A stretch of DNA of 64,000 nt, from positions 3,840,001-3,904,000 of the forward strand of contig OY762069.1 of the NCBI GenBank assembly GCA_963665095.1. The letters are read 5' to 3'. This document shows positions 20,359 through 29,952 of the stretch, piece by piece. Position 1 is the first letter of the stretch, and every line of letters begins with the position of its first letter. This stretch comes from an uncultured Desulfobacter sp. GTDB taxonomy: Bacteria; Desulfobacterota; Desulfobacteria; Desulfobacterales; Desulfobacteraceae. The notes below the pieces were generated by a model. The model was not told the DNA's origin and did no database searches. It was given only the letters and a program-made list of their open reading frames with translations. The translations under genes and the position numbers were made by a program.

Positions 20359-21537
20359 ATGAGAGATGCATATATTGTACAATCCGTAAGAACCCCGGGC
20401 TGCAAGCAGAAAAGAGGTTTGTTCAAACAGACCCGGCCCGAAGAGCTGATTTCCTTTATCATGAAGGAAGCCGTTGACAGAACTGCCAACCTGAAACCCG
20501 AAGACATTGACGATGTTATGCTGGGATGCGCCTTCCCTGAGGCCGAACAGGGCCTGAACCTGGGCCGGATCGCGGCTAAAATGGCCGGCTTCCCGGACGA
20601 AGTATCAGGTGCCACAGTAAATCGGTTCTGCGCATCCGGTCTTGAAGCCATTGCCCTTGCCTCTGTGCGGGTATCTGCCGGCTGGTCTGAAATCTGCGTT
20701 GGCGCAGGATGCGAGTCCATGACCTTTGTACCCATGGGCGGCAACATCCCCAGGCCCCACCCTGATTTTTCCAAAACCTACCCAGATATGTACGTATCCA
20801 TGGGTATTACTGCTGAAAACGTAGCCAGCCGCTACAACATCTCCAGAGAAGAGCAGGACATATTTGCCGCCGCCTCCCAGGCCAAAGCAACAGCAGCCAG
20901 AGACAACGGGAAATTCACTGAAATCATCCCCACGCCAGCTTACAAATATGTTGAACAGGCTGATGGCACCTACAAAAAAGAGACATTTATTGTCGAGCAC
21001 GACGATGGCATCCGTGCCTCTACTCCCGAAGGTCTTGCCAAACTGAGAACTGTCTTCAAAATTGGCGGTTCCGTTACTGCCGGGAACTCTTCTCAAACCA
21101 CCGACGGCGCTGCTGCCACCATCATCGCTTCCAAGGAAAAATGCGATGAACTTGGGCTTACCCCCATTGCCAGACTGGTGGGCTACACCACGGTTGGCTG
21201 CAGGGCTGATGAAATGGGCGTAGGCCCTAAATATGCCATCCCCAAGGTCCTGAAACAGGTCGGGCTGACCATTGACGACATTGACATATACGAAGTTAAT
21301 GAAGCCTTTGCTTCCCAGGCCCTGCACTGCATCAAGGAAATCGGCATTGAAAAATACATGGATAAAATCAATATCCATGGCGGCGCCATTGCCCTTGGCC
21401 ATCCTCTTGGATGCACAGGCGCCAAACTGACTGCCACATGCATTGCCAACCTCAAAGAGGTAAATGGGAAATACGGCGTTGTCTCCATGTGCATCGGCGG
21501 CGGAATGGGCGCAGCAGCTGTTTTTGAAAAACTGTAA
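20359..21537 (+). CDS. fadA: Acetyl-CoA C-acyltransferase (thiolase)
   Basis: NRFCASG, NEAFA, GHPLGCTG, CIGGGMG. Confidence 0.92.
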   Translation: MRDAYIVQSVRTPGCKQKRGLFKQTRPEELISFIMKEAVDRTANLKPEDIDDVMLGCAFPEAEQGLNLGRIAAKMAGFPDEVSGATVNRFCASGLEAIALASVRVSAGWSEICVGAGCESMTFVPMGGNIPRPHPDFSKTYPDMYVSMGITAENVASRYNISREEQDIFAAASQAKATAARDNGKFTEIIPTPAYKYVEQADGTYKKETFIVEHDDGIRASTPEGLAKLRTVFKIGGSVTAGNSSQTTDGAAATIIASKEKCDELGLTPIARLVGYTTVGCRADEMGVGPKYAIPKVLKQVGLTIDDIDIYEVNEAFASQALHCIKEIGIEKYMDKINIHGGAIALGHPLGCTGAKLTATCIANLKEVNGKYGVVSMCIGGGMGAAAVFEKL

Positions 21538-21563
21538 TCCGTACTGCAACGTTATAATTAATT

Positions 21564-21609
21564 AAAAAACCGGTTTCCTTTCTTTGAGTTGAAAGGAAAC
21601 CGGTTTTTT
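21564..21609. terminator. Bidirectional intrinsic terminator
   Basis: AAAAAACCGGTTTCCTTTC...GAAAGGAAACCGGTTTTTT. Confidence 0.85.
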
Positions 21610-21639
21610 ATTCAACCTTTGGGTTTATTACCTTTGATT

Positions 21640-22515
21640 TTATTTAGCGCGGGTAGTTATCTTGCAGCCATTCTCAGCAAATTCCGCCACCTCGGAAGCT
21701 TTGTTTTTATTGTCGTCTTCATCAGTCAAAATTTGAATACCGCGAACCCCCCGGGATAAATTCTTAGTCTCGGTTTGAATGGCATAGACCCCGCCAGCAG
21801 CCTTTTTATCCAATTCACCCAGAGGCGAGGTGCTGGCGTAAAGAATGAGTTCTTCGGCGCCAAACGGAGGGCAGACCTGTAAGGAAAAACGATCCAGGCC
21901 TGTGGGGACTTCATAGACAGTGCCGCCGTTAAAATAGTTGTCCTGGCGATAGGGGTTGGGCAGCAACTGAATACGATTTCCCCCTGCATCCAGGTAAACC
22001 AGCTTACCAAAAAAGGGACGATTACCCTTTAAAAAGACCTTTATATTTTCTTTGGCCTTGTAATCCGGCTGGGCCGTCCAGACCTTGACGGTCAGGGGGG
22101 CACCGGGGTCGTCAAGCATCTTACGGTTATTCTGTTCAGTCCGTTCGCCAATGGTCTTCTCATCAGGCAAAACCTCCAGCTTGAGTTTTACCCGATAACA
22201 CCTGCCTGACATGGGGTCATCAACCCACTCTTTAAGCAGCTCCTTGATTAGTTTGACCTGGGCGTTGGTGTAGGCGGTGATAAGATCTTTTTCCAGCAGG
22301 CCGTCAGACACCTCGGTTTCAGTCTGGATATAGGTTAAAGCAGCCTCGCCTGCCAAGCGGCGGGCCTCCTGGACCGCAGCGCTTTCGGTTTCTTTGCGGG
22401 ACTTGTCGTCACCCATGCAGGCATAGCCGTCGCTGTCAATGATGACCGACTGACCGGCATACAAAGAAGATGTGGCTGTTATCAAAACACAAATCAATAA
22501 TATAAATTTTTGCAT
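21640..22515 (-). CDS. Exported protein with a DUF4384-like domain
   Basis: Signal peptide MQKFILL...LYA; IQLLPN...FSLQVCPPFGAEELILYAS motif. Confidence 0.72.
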   Translation of the reverse strand: MQKFILLICVLITATSSLYAGQSVIIDSDGYACMGDDKSRKETESAAVQEARRLAGEAALTYIQTETEVSDGLLEKDLITAYTNAQVKLIKELLKEWVDDPMSGRCYRVKLKLEVLPDEKTIGERTEQNNRKMLDDPGAPLTVKVWTAQPDYKAKENIKVFLKGNRPFFGKLVYLDAGGNRIQLLPNPYRQDNYFNGGTVYEVPTGLDRFSLQVCPPFGAEELILYASTSPLGELDKKAAGGVYAIQTETKNLSRGVRGIQILTDEDDNKNKASEVAEFAENGCKITTRAK

Positions 22516-22744
22516 GATGCCGCCTCCGATATTTTCTTTAACAGGAAGAATAGACAAGAATTGTCATATGATTCATTATCCTGTTCGGTTTTATCCAAAA
22601 GGAACTCAATTTGCAAGAGTGAAACTTTGGTTTTAAGGCAACTATGAATAGGATTTTTATCCCTGCAGTGTTAAGAAACAGATAGCGGTTGTCTACAGAA
22701 AAATGCTACGACATCTGTCAGTCAAATTATTTACAGGAGGCAAT

Positions 22745-23881
22745 ATGCAGTTTCACATGCCTGCCAGGCTGATTTTCGGTCCTGGACAGATTCAAAATAT
22801 AAATACGGTGGCAGTTGAGGTGCTAAAGGCACAGAAGCCTGTACTGATAACAGATAAAGGCGTGGCGGCCACAGGGCTGGTCGAAAAAGTCACTGCCCTT
22901 TGCGCCTGTGTGAAAGTTTATGATGAGATCGAAGCCAATCCCAAATCTGACACCATTAACACCATTGGGCGGGAACTAAGGGAGATGACACCGGATCTGA
23001 TCATCGGCCTTGGCGGGGGCAGTGCCATGGATGCAGGTAAGGCCCTGGCCTTGCTGGCCACAAACCCTGGAAAGATCGAAGACTATGAAGGACGGGAAAA
23101 GTACAGGACAGATCCCCTGCCCTTCCTGGCAGTGCCCACCACCTGCGGCACCGGGTCTGAAGTCACCTGGGTATCGGTTATCACGGATGTGACACGCAAA
23201 TTCAAAATGAGCATCAAGGGTCCGAAACTCTATCCTGCAGCAGCCATTGTTGACCCGGACCTGATCAAAACCCTGCCGAAATCCGTCATTGCCTCCACCG
23301 GACTGGATGCCTTGACCCATGCAGTTGAGGCCTACCTGTCCAAACCAGCTACCCTGATCACGGACATGCATGCCCAAAAAGCGGTCCAGCTGATTCTGGC
23401 ATCAATAGAGTCGGCATGGCAGGATATCCAGACCCATGCAACCGCCCGGGAAAACCTTATGTACGGGTCAACCGTGGCCGGCTTTGCATTTGGCAACTCC
23501 GACGTGACAGCGGTTCACTGTATCTCAGAATCCATCGGCGCCCTTTATGATGTGCCCCACGGGATTGCCAATTCTGTTTTCCTGCCCCATGTGCTCTCCT
23601 ATAATATGCCGTCCTGTCTGGGAAAAATGGCTGGTCTTGCCCGGACAACCGGCATTGACGCATCTGAAGACGCAGACGCGGCGCTACAGTTTATCCGGAC
23701 CATTAAAGAGCTATCCGCCCGCCTTGAGATTCCGGAGTTCAGGGATCTTGGCATCGGGCCTGAAGAGTTTGAACGGATTGCAGACATGTCATTCCAGAAT
23801 AACTCCAACCCGTCCAACCCAAGACCGCTTACCCGAAAGGATTATATAGCCATTCTTAAAATGGCCTTTAGCGATGATTAA
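22745..23881 (+). CDS. Iron-containing alcohol dehydrogenase
   Basis: GGGSAMDAGK, PTTCGTGSEVT, DALTHAVE, VPHGIAN. Confidence 0.92.
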   Translation: MQFHMPARLIFGPGQIQNINTVAVEVLKAQKPVLITDKGVAATGLVEKVTALCACVKVYDEIEANPKSDTINTIGRELREMTPDLIIGLGGGSAMDAGKALALLATNPGKIEDYEGREKYRTDPLPFLAVPTTCGTGSEVTWVSVITDVTRKFKMSIKGPKLYPAAAIVDPDLIKTLPKSVIASTGLDALTHAVEAYLSKPATLITDMHAQKAVQLILASIESAWQDIQTHATARENLMYGSTVAGFAFGNSDVTAVHCISESIGALYDVPHGIANSVFLPHVLSYNMPSCLGKMAGLARTTGIDASEDADAALQFIRTIKELSARLEIPEFRDLGIGPEEFERIADMSFQNNSNPSNPRPLTRKDYIAILKMAFSDD

Positions 23882-25053
23882 CCCTTTGCTTTTTCCATGG
23901 CCCTTTTAAAGCCGGCAAATGAGCCGGATATGGACTGTTCAGGCACGGCATAGGAGAGCCGGATATGTCCGGGCCCGCCAAATCCGGAACCTGGCACGGC
24001 CAGAATATTTTCCTCTTTAAGCAGGCCCACAAACGCCACATCATTTTCAATAGGGGTCTTGGGAAACAGATAGAATGCGCCTTCGGGCACATTGAACTCA
24101 TACCCGGCAGCAGAGAGACCGTCACAGATCATGTCTCTTCGTTTGCGGTAGATGTCGATGTCCACACAAACCCCCTGCAGTTTTCCCACCACCTGCTGGA
24201 ACAGGGCCGGGGCATTTACAAACATCATGGTGTTGGCCACACCGGCTGCCGCAGCAATCAGTTCCGCATCCTCCGCTGCCGGATGAACGGCCAGATATCC
24301 GACCCGCTCACCTGCCAGAGAGAGCTCCTTGGAATAAGAGGTCAGGACAACGGTGTGATCATATATGCCGAACACCCAGGGCACCTCCACATCATAGGCA
24401 ATCTTTCGATAGGGCTCGTCAGATATCAGATAAATGCGGCGTCCGAATTCCCGGCTTTTCTTTTCTAAAATCCCGCCAAGCGCTTCAAGCTCCTGTTTTG
24501 TGTAAACGACGCCTGTGGGATTGTTTGGGGAATTAATCAGCATAATGCGGGTCTGTTTGTTAATGGCCGCCTCAATGGCCCCAAGATCCAGATGGAAATC
24601 GGGCTGGGTGGATACGGTTTTCAAGCTGGCCCCGGCAATAAACGCATACTGATTATAGCCTACAAAATAGGGCGCCGGCACCAGGATTTCTTCGCCGGGA
24701 TTGACAAGGGCCTTAAGGGTATCATTAAGGGCCCCGGCAGCCCCCACACTCATGACCACCAGATCGGAAGTCATCTCCACTCCGCATGCCCCGTGCAAAT
24801 AATCCGCCACAGCCTGCCGCACGTGAGGATAACCGGCATTGGGCATATATCCATGGGAGGTGTTTTTATCATTAATCAGCGCCAGCACAGTTTCCTTAAC
24901 CACTGCAGGCGGCGGCACATCAGGATTTCCCAGGGAGAAATCAAAAACATTATCCGCACCGAATTTCTCTCTCATCCGGATACCTTCTTCAAACATCTTC
25001 CTGATCATGGACGCGGATTCAACTATTTTGACCATCTTGTCTGCAATTGGCAT
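23878..25053 (-). CDS. PLP-dependent (aspartate) aminotransferase
   Basis: DFSLGNP, NSPNNPTG, SDEPY, SYSKELSLAGERVGY. Confidence 0.92.
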   Translation of the reverse strand: MPIADKMVKIVESASMIRKMFEEGIRMREKFGADNVFDFSLGNPDVPPPAVVKETVLALINDKNTSHGYMPNAGYPHVRQAVADYLHGACGVEMTSDLVVMSVGAAGALNDTLKALVNPGEEILVPAPYFVGYNQYAFIAGASLKTVSTQPDFHLDLGAIEAAINKQTRIMLINSPNNPTGVVYTKQELEALGGILEKKSREFGRRIYLISDEPYRKIAYDVEVPWVFGIYDHTVVLTSYSKELSLAGERVGYLAVHPAAEDAELIAAAAGVANTMMFVNAPALFQQVVGKLQGVCVDIDIYRKRRDMICDGLSAAGYEFNVPEGAFYLFPKTPIENDVAFVGLLKEENILAVPGSGFGGPGHIRLSYAVPEQSISGSFAGFKRAMEKAKG

Positions 25054-25390
25054 GGTATTACCCTCTTTCTGATATAGTGAAAAACTGTTTTGGGGCCACC
25101 ATATCTTAAAACCGGTCAAACAAAAACAGTTTTTTATCTGCCCCTATCCCTGGAAGTCTGACCTGCTTTTCTGACCTGTTATATCCAAAGCTTGCAACGC
25201 CCAAGCCCGCTAATGATCAAAATTGCCGGCCGGTGTGTGTTGCCTATAATAAAAGATTTATGGTAAAGAAAAAGTCGTCCGGGTATTTACATGCATTGAT
25301 AAAAGAGGATAGACAGCTCTTAGCTGTTGTCCGAGTTGGTATATGGACAGTTTATTTTGATCCCTGGTTTTTAAGAGTGGCGAACAAATA

Positions 25391-25831
25391 ATGACTATAG
25401 ATTCAGAAATATACAAAATCCTTCCCCACAGGGAACCAATGATCATGATTGATCAATTCACCAAGGACAGCGAAATAACCGGAACTGCCGTCAAGCAGTT
25501 TTCCGGTGATGACTATGGCTGTGAAAACGGCATGGTCCTGCCGGGCATACTGATAGAGTGTGTTGCCCAGACCATTGCCGCCCATCATGGCCTGACCCAT
25601 CTTGATGAGGAGAATAAAAACCCGGCCATCGGCATGCTGGTTACCATAGATCATTTTGAATTCTGCCATCCTCTGCCCCAGGACGCAAAGGTCACCATTA
25701 AGGTGGAAAAAACAGATGAAATTGGCGCCTTTCACATTATTAAGGGAGAAGTTTTTCATAACAGTGAGTTAGCCGCCCACGGGCAGGTAAAAATTTTTAT
25801 TGAAGACCAGGATAAAGGTGAAACCCATTGA
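25391..25831 (+). CDS. Hot-dog-fold dehydratase-like protein (ApeP/FabZ-like)
   Basis: LPHREPMIMID, IECVAQTIAA, IGML motifs. Confidence 0.75.
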   Translation: MTIDSEIYKILPHREPMIMIDQFTKDSEITGTAVKQFSGDDYGCENGMVLPGILIECVAQTIAAHHGLTHLDEENKNPAIGMLVTIDHFEFCHPLPQDAKVTIKVEKTDEIGAFHIIKGEVFHNSELAAHGQVKIFIEDQDKGETH

Positions 25832-26559
25832 TGCGCCCTCTTTGTCACTGTTTATGCTGTATGATGGCTGCTTTTTCTCTTTTCACGATCTTTTTGCCGC
25901 CTGCTCTCAGCGCTGAAAATGATACTACCCCAGACAGCGCCGCCATGATGCCTGACGCAGAGCTCGATTCAGTCCTGGCCAGTATAGAAGAGAATCTGGG
26001 TAAAATTAAAACGCTGAAAACCAAAATCATTCAGGAAAAAAAGATCTCTTTATTTTCAGAACCTGTTTTTTCAAACGGAATTCTGCTGTTCAAGAGCCCG
26101 GACAAGATACGCCTTGAATATTTTGATCCTTTCAGATCGGTTCTTCTGGTCAATGAAAACAACATTTCTAAATATGAAATGATCAATGGGACATGGCAGA
26201 AAACAGGTTCAGGGGATGAAAAAATGATGCAGGTGATTCTGGATCACATTATCACCTGGATTACAGGCAGATTTAATGAGAAGAATTTGTATACTGTTTC
26301 CGGCAGATGCAGAAAGGCCGGGGACCAGACTGCCTGCTGCATCCTGCTTGAGCCAAGGGCAGAAGGCTTTAAAGCCTTTATCAGCGGATTTGAACTGGGC
26401 ATCAGTAAAGATATGAACCGGCTTGACTATATTATCATCAAAGAATCCGGGCAGGATTATACCAAACTGACGTTTCATGATGATCAGGTCAACGGCCCTG
26501 TTGAAGATCTCTATTTTAAAGGGGATACCCAGACGTTTCCCCCGGCGCCCCAATGGTAA
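25828..26559 (+). CDS. LolA-like lipoprotein carrier protein
   Basis: Signal peptide; QEKKISLFSEPVFSNG-LLFKSPDKIRLEY pattern. Confidence 0.75.
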   Translation: MMRPLCHCLCCMMAAFSLFTIFLPPALSAENDTTPDSAAMMPDAELDSVLASIEENLGKIKTLKTKIIQEKKISLFSEPVFSNGILLFKSPDKIRLEYFDPFRSVLLVNENNISKYEMINGTWQKTGSGDEKMMQVILDHIITWITGRFNEKNLYTVSGRCRKAGDQTACCILLEPRAEGFKAFISGFELGISKDMNRLDYIIIKESGQDYTKLTFHDDQVNGPVEDLYFKGDTQTFPPAPQW

Positions 26560-27257
26560 CCGGTCAAATGATACAACGATTTTCCTTCCTTTCCGGACTG
26601 CTTCTGATGCTTTTGACGGCATCAGGATGTGCGGTCCAAAAAATACCTGAAACCGCCTGCAGCAGGGATTGTGTTCAAGAGCCGGAGCAGTTGATTTCCC
26701 TGATTTCCCATTTATACCCCGTCCGGTTCAGCGCCCTTCACCAGGTTGTTCTGGATATCCGGGGCAGGACCATGTCACTGAGCGGCTATCTGAATATTGA
26801 CCATTCAAAAGGCCAGGTGGATCTGGTGGCCCAGCCCCCCATGGGAGGCACTTTGTTTGAGGTTCACCTTTGCAGAAACAAACCGGATGTGGTTTTGACA
26901 AAAGGCTTTCTAAAGAAAAAATGGCTCGAGGCGTCTGTTGTTCATGACCTGCATTATCTTTATGCCAAACCTGTTGTTCATTCAGTAAATATCTGCGAAT
27001 TGAATGATAAAACAATACTCTTTGATGCAGATGGGCCCCGGACCACCTGCTACACTTTTTTGAAATCCACCCCTTCTTTGCGGCTATCCGAAGTCAGGGT
27101 ATTAAATAAGAACCGGCTGGAGTACAAAATTGATTATCAGTATGCATCCGGCAGCCCAATGCCCGGTTTCATAAAAATAGAGAATATAAAAGCAAATTAC
27201 ACTTTAAACATTAACCAGCACATTATTCCTGACAAAAATCAGGCGAACAGCAATTAA
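26553..27257 (+). CDS. Putative lipoprotein (DUF3261-like)
   Basis: Lipobox ASGC; LVAQPPMGGTLFEV; context next to LolA/FabZ-like genes. Confidence 0.55.
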   Translation: MVTGQMIQRFSFLSGLLLMLLTASGCAVQKIPETACSRDCVQEPEQLISLISHLYPVRFSALHQVVLDIRGRTMSLSGYLNIDHSKGQVDLVAQPPMGGTLFEVHLCRNKPDVVLTKGFLKKKWLEASVVHDLHYLYAKPVVHSVNICELNDKTILFDADGPRTTCYTFLKSTPSLRLSEVRVLNKNRLEYKIDYQYASGSPMPGFIKIENIKANYTLNINQHIIPDKNQANSN

Positions 27258-27261
27258 TCCA

Positions 27262-27642
27262 ATGAGCTTATACGAAGACATTAAACAGGCTGAAGTGAAC
27301 ATCACCGGAAACCAGGAGACCGGCATCCAGGCAGAGTTCAATTTCCCGGAAAACCTTGAATTATTTAAGGGACATTTTCCGACAACCCCCATTCTTCCAG
27401 GGGTTGCCCAGATAGAGATGGTTCGGTTTGTCCTGGAAACCGTTTTTTCCCAAAAGATGTCGATCAAGACCATTAAAAAGACAAAGTTCTCCTATCTTGT
27501 CAGACCGAACACCCCTGTTTTTCTCAATGTGAATATCCTCTCCTTTGAACCGGAGGATACCGGTCAAATTTCTGTGAGGGTGACTGTTCACGCAGATGAT
27601 AAGGTTGCCGGCAAACTGAATCTGAGCTTTCTTATTGTTTAA
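27262..27642 (+). CDS. FabA/FabZ-like 3-hydroxyacyl-ACP dehydratase (ApeI-like)
   Basis: FKGHFPTTPILPGVAQIE, KFSYLVRP. Confidence 0.85.
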   Translation: MSLYEDIKQAEVNITGNQETGIQAEFNFPENLELFKGHFPTTPILPGVAQIEMVRFVLETVFSQKMSIKTIKKTKFSYLVRPNTPVFLNVNILSFEPEDTGQISVRVTVHADDKVAGKLNLSFLIV

Positions 27643-27750
27643 ACCCGGCTGCCTATCCCTGCCTAAAAAAAAAAGCAACAAAAACACCCACCCTTGCAAT
27701 GATTGAGACAACTGCCGTGGGCAGATAAATCCACAACAATAAGGAGCAAT

Positions 27751-28905
27751 ATGAAGCAGTTGGATTTGGACCAGTTGATTGCCTTCAGAAGGGAACTGCA
27801 TAAGCATCCCGAACTATCCAACCATGAAATACAGACCCACGACCGAATTCACGATTTTATCCGTCAATTCGATCCGGACAGCGTCATTCCCCACATTGGC
27901 GGATACGGCCTTGCCGCTGTTTATGAGGGCAAAGCACCGGGGCAGACCTTGGCCTTCAGGGCAGATATTGATGCCCTGCCCATTCAGGAAAAAAACCGGT
28001 TCGACCATGCGTCAGTGGTTAAGAGTGTCAGTCACAAATGCGGTCATGACGGGCATACGGCCATGGTGGCGGGTTTGGGCATGCTACTGCAGAAAGAACG
28101 CCCCCAAAGGGGCCGGGTAGTCCTGATCTTCCAGCCGGCCGAGGAGACCCTGAACGGGGCCAGGGAGTTTGTCAATGATCCAAAATTCGAGCAGATCAGA
28201 CCCGACTATCTGTTCGGCCTGCACAATTTCAGATCTGAAAAACCAAACCAGATCAATTTCAAAAAAGGGCAGATGTCCCCTGCGGTCACCACGATGCTCA
28301 TCGATCTTGAGGGTGCGTCCGCCCATGCCTCCCGCCCTGAATTCGGGGTATGCCCCTATAATTGCGCCGTAAAAATAGTTGATAGGGCATATGAACTTCA
28401 GAACAATCTGGATATTTACAACGAAAATTTTTCCATGACCACCCTTGTAAATTTTGTGGTGGGGAAAAATCCCGGATACGGAACAGCACCTGGGGACGGG
28501 CATATCGCCATGACCCTTCGGGCATACAGGGACGAGGTGTTAAAGCAGTTGACCGACGATATTGAGACCTATGTGGCAGAACGGTCGCAAAAGGAAAACC
28601 TGGCCTGGAAAGTTGCTTATACTGATGAGACCATTGCCTGTACCAACTGTGAATCCTGCTGCCGCATTATTGAAAAGGCAGCAGCGGTAAACAAACTTGA
28701 AGTGAAAACCATGGACGTTCCCATGAGGGGCGGGGAAGACGTGGGCTACCTGATAAACGCCAGCCGTGAAGGAGGGGCCTTTTTTCAGCTGGGAACAGGC
28801 CCGGATCAGCCAGATCTTCACGAGCCGGATTTTGACTTCCCCGATACCGTCATAATAACCGGTATCAAAATGTACAGGGCCATCATTGATCAGGTTTTAA
28901 ATTGA
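27751..28905 (+). CDS. M20 family amidohydrolase
   Basis: RRELHKHPELS, RADIDALP, HKCGHDGH, FQPAEE, GEDVG, LHEPDFDF. Confidence 0.9.
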   Translation: MKQLDLDQLIAFRRELHKHPELSNHEIQTHDRIHDFIRQFDPDSVIPHIGGYGLAAVYEGKAPGQTLAFRADIDALPIQEKNRFDHASVVKSVSHKCGHDGHTAMVAGLGMLLQKERPQRGRVVLIFQPAEETLNGAREFVNDPKFEQIRPDYLFGLHNFRSEKPNQINFKKGQMSPAVTTMLIDLEGASAHASRPEFGVCPYNCAVKIVDRAYELQNNLDIYNENFSMTTLVNFVVGKNPGYGTAPGDGHIAMTLRAYRDEVLKQLTDDIETYVAERSQKENLAWKVAYTDETIACTNCESCCRIIEKAAAVNKLEVKTMDVPMRGGEDVGYLINASREGGAFFQLGTGPDQPDLHEPDFDFPDTVIITGIKMYRAIIDQVLN

Positions 28906-28926
28906 TCTTCAGCCGTTTGGATTTAG

Positions 28927-29685
28927 TTACACGCTCAGGTAGCGTTCAGCAAGCAGGATTGCGGCGACATGCTGCCGGTTGTTGACCTGCAGTTTGGCGT
29001 AAATATTTTTCATGTGAAATTTTATGGTGTTTTCCGTCACCCCGAGACGCCGGGCAATGACCTTGTATGAACTGCCGGATACGGCCTCGGCAGCCACTTC
29101 TTTTTCCTTCTGGGTAAGCGAATCAACCCGTTCCTGCAGGATAAGCCGTTTCGTAGTTATCAGCAGAGGACGAATAATCATCCTGGCCATTGCCTCTGTG
29201 CGGGCATCCGGAACAGTGGTGCGGCTTGCAAAAGAAAGGTTAAAGGAAAAGTCTTTCTTTTCGGAAGTGACAAATATCGAACATCCGAATTCAAGCCCGA
29301 ATGAACGCCTGCGCGCAATGTAATGTTGCTGCTCTTTTGAAATCGTCCAGTTAAACTGGTCCCACACGCAGTATCCAATGGATGCGCCGGCAGCGTATTG
29401 CCGCTCTATTTCATTTATCAGCGGACTGTTTTCCTGGGATTTTAAATATTCCGTCATCCAGTCCCCGGGATTGGTCAAATTAACGATCACGGCTTCATGG
29501 CGATTGGTGTAGGTGGTTTGTATATAGCCGTAAAGCGCGAATTCAAAGCCGAGAAAATCGCTTAAGGCAATGATATGCCGGTGAAAGTCGCCACTGTTCC
29601 TGGCAGAGGTACAATTGTGGATAAAGGAATAGGCATAAAAAAGGTCATCTTTACTTAATCCTGTATCATTCATATCGGTGTACAT
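28927..29685 (-). CDS. LuxR-family regulator with autoinducer-binding domain (LuxR solo)
   Basis: N-terminal NPGDWMTEY...P...W...FGL..G; C-terminal LTQKEKEV...YKVIARRLGVTENTIKFHMKNIYAKL; no luxI in the window. Confidence 0.88.
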   Translation of the reverse strand: MYTDMNDTGLSKDDLFYAYSFIHNCTSARNSGDFHRHIIALSDFLGFEFALYGYIQTTYTNRHEAVIVNLTNPGDWMTEYLKSQENSPLINEIERQYAAGASIGYCVWDQFNWTISKEQQHYIARRRSFGLEFGCSIFVTSEKKDFSFNLSFASRTTVPDARTEAMARMIIRPLLITTKRLILQERVDSLTQKEKEVAAEAVSGSSYKVIARRLGVTENTIKFHMKNIYAKLQVNNRQHVAAILLAERYLSV

Positions 29686-29764
29686 CAGTTATCCATAACA
29701 GGGACCATGAAACAAAGTCAGCGGCCATGGGAATTTGTTTAAAAAATTTGCAAAAAAACGACCA

Positions 29765-29786
29765 AACCTACCCGTTCGGGTAGGTT
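29765..29786. promoter_or_regulatory. lux-box-like operator
   Basis: Perfect palindrome AACCTACCCG-TT-CGGGTAGGTT (ACCT-N12-AGGT core) upstream of extended -10 TGATAAAAT (29804-29812). Confidence 0.75.
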
Positions 29787-29952
29787 ATTTTTATATTATA
29801 TTCTGATAAAATCGTAAACAAATTCTCTGCTGGCTTTTATAAGCAGGGGACTGTTTATAAAACACCGGGTAGACATATTGGCAGTTTGTCCAACGAATTC
29901 AATTAAAAACAGCATATTGCAGCAGAAGACATTTATACAGACCGGAAGCTGA

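Noticed and set aside
18190..21549. Long antisense ORFs (406, 282 and 314 aa) over fadN and the thiolase
   Set aside because: Shadow frames of codon-biased genes; no motifs recognised.
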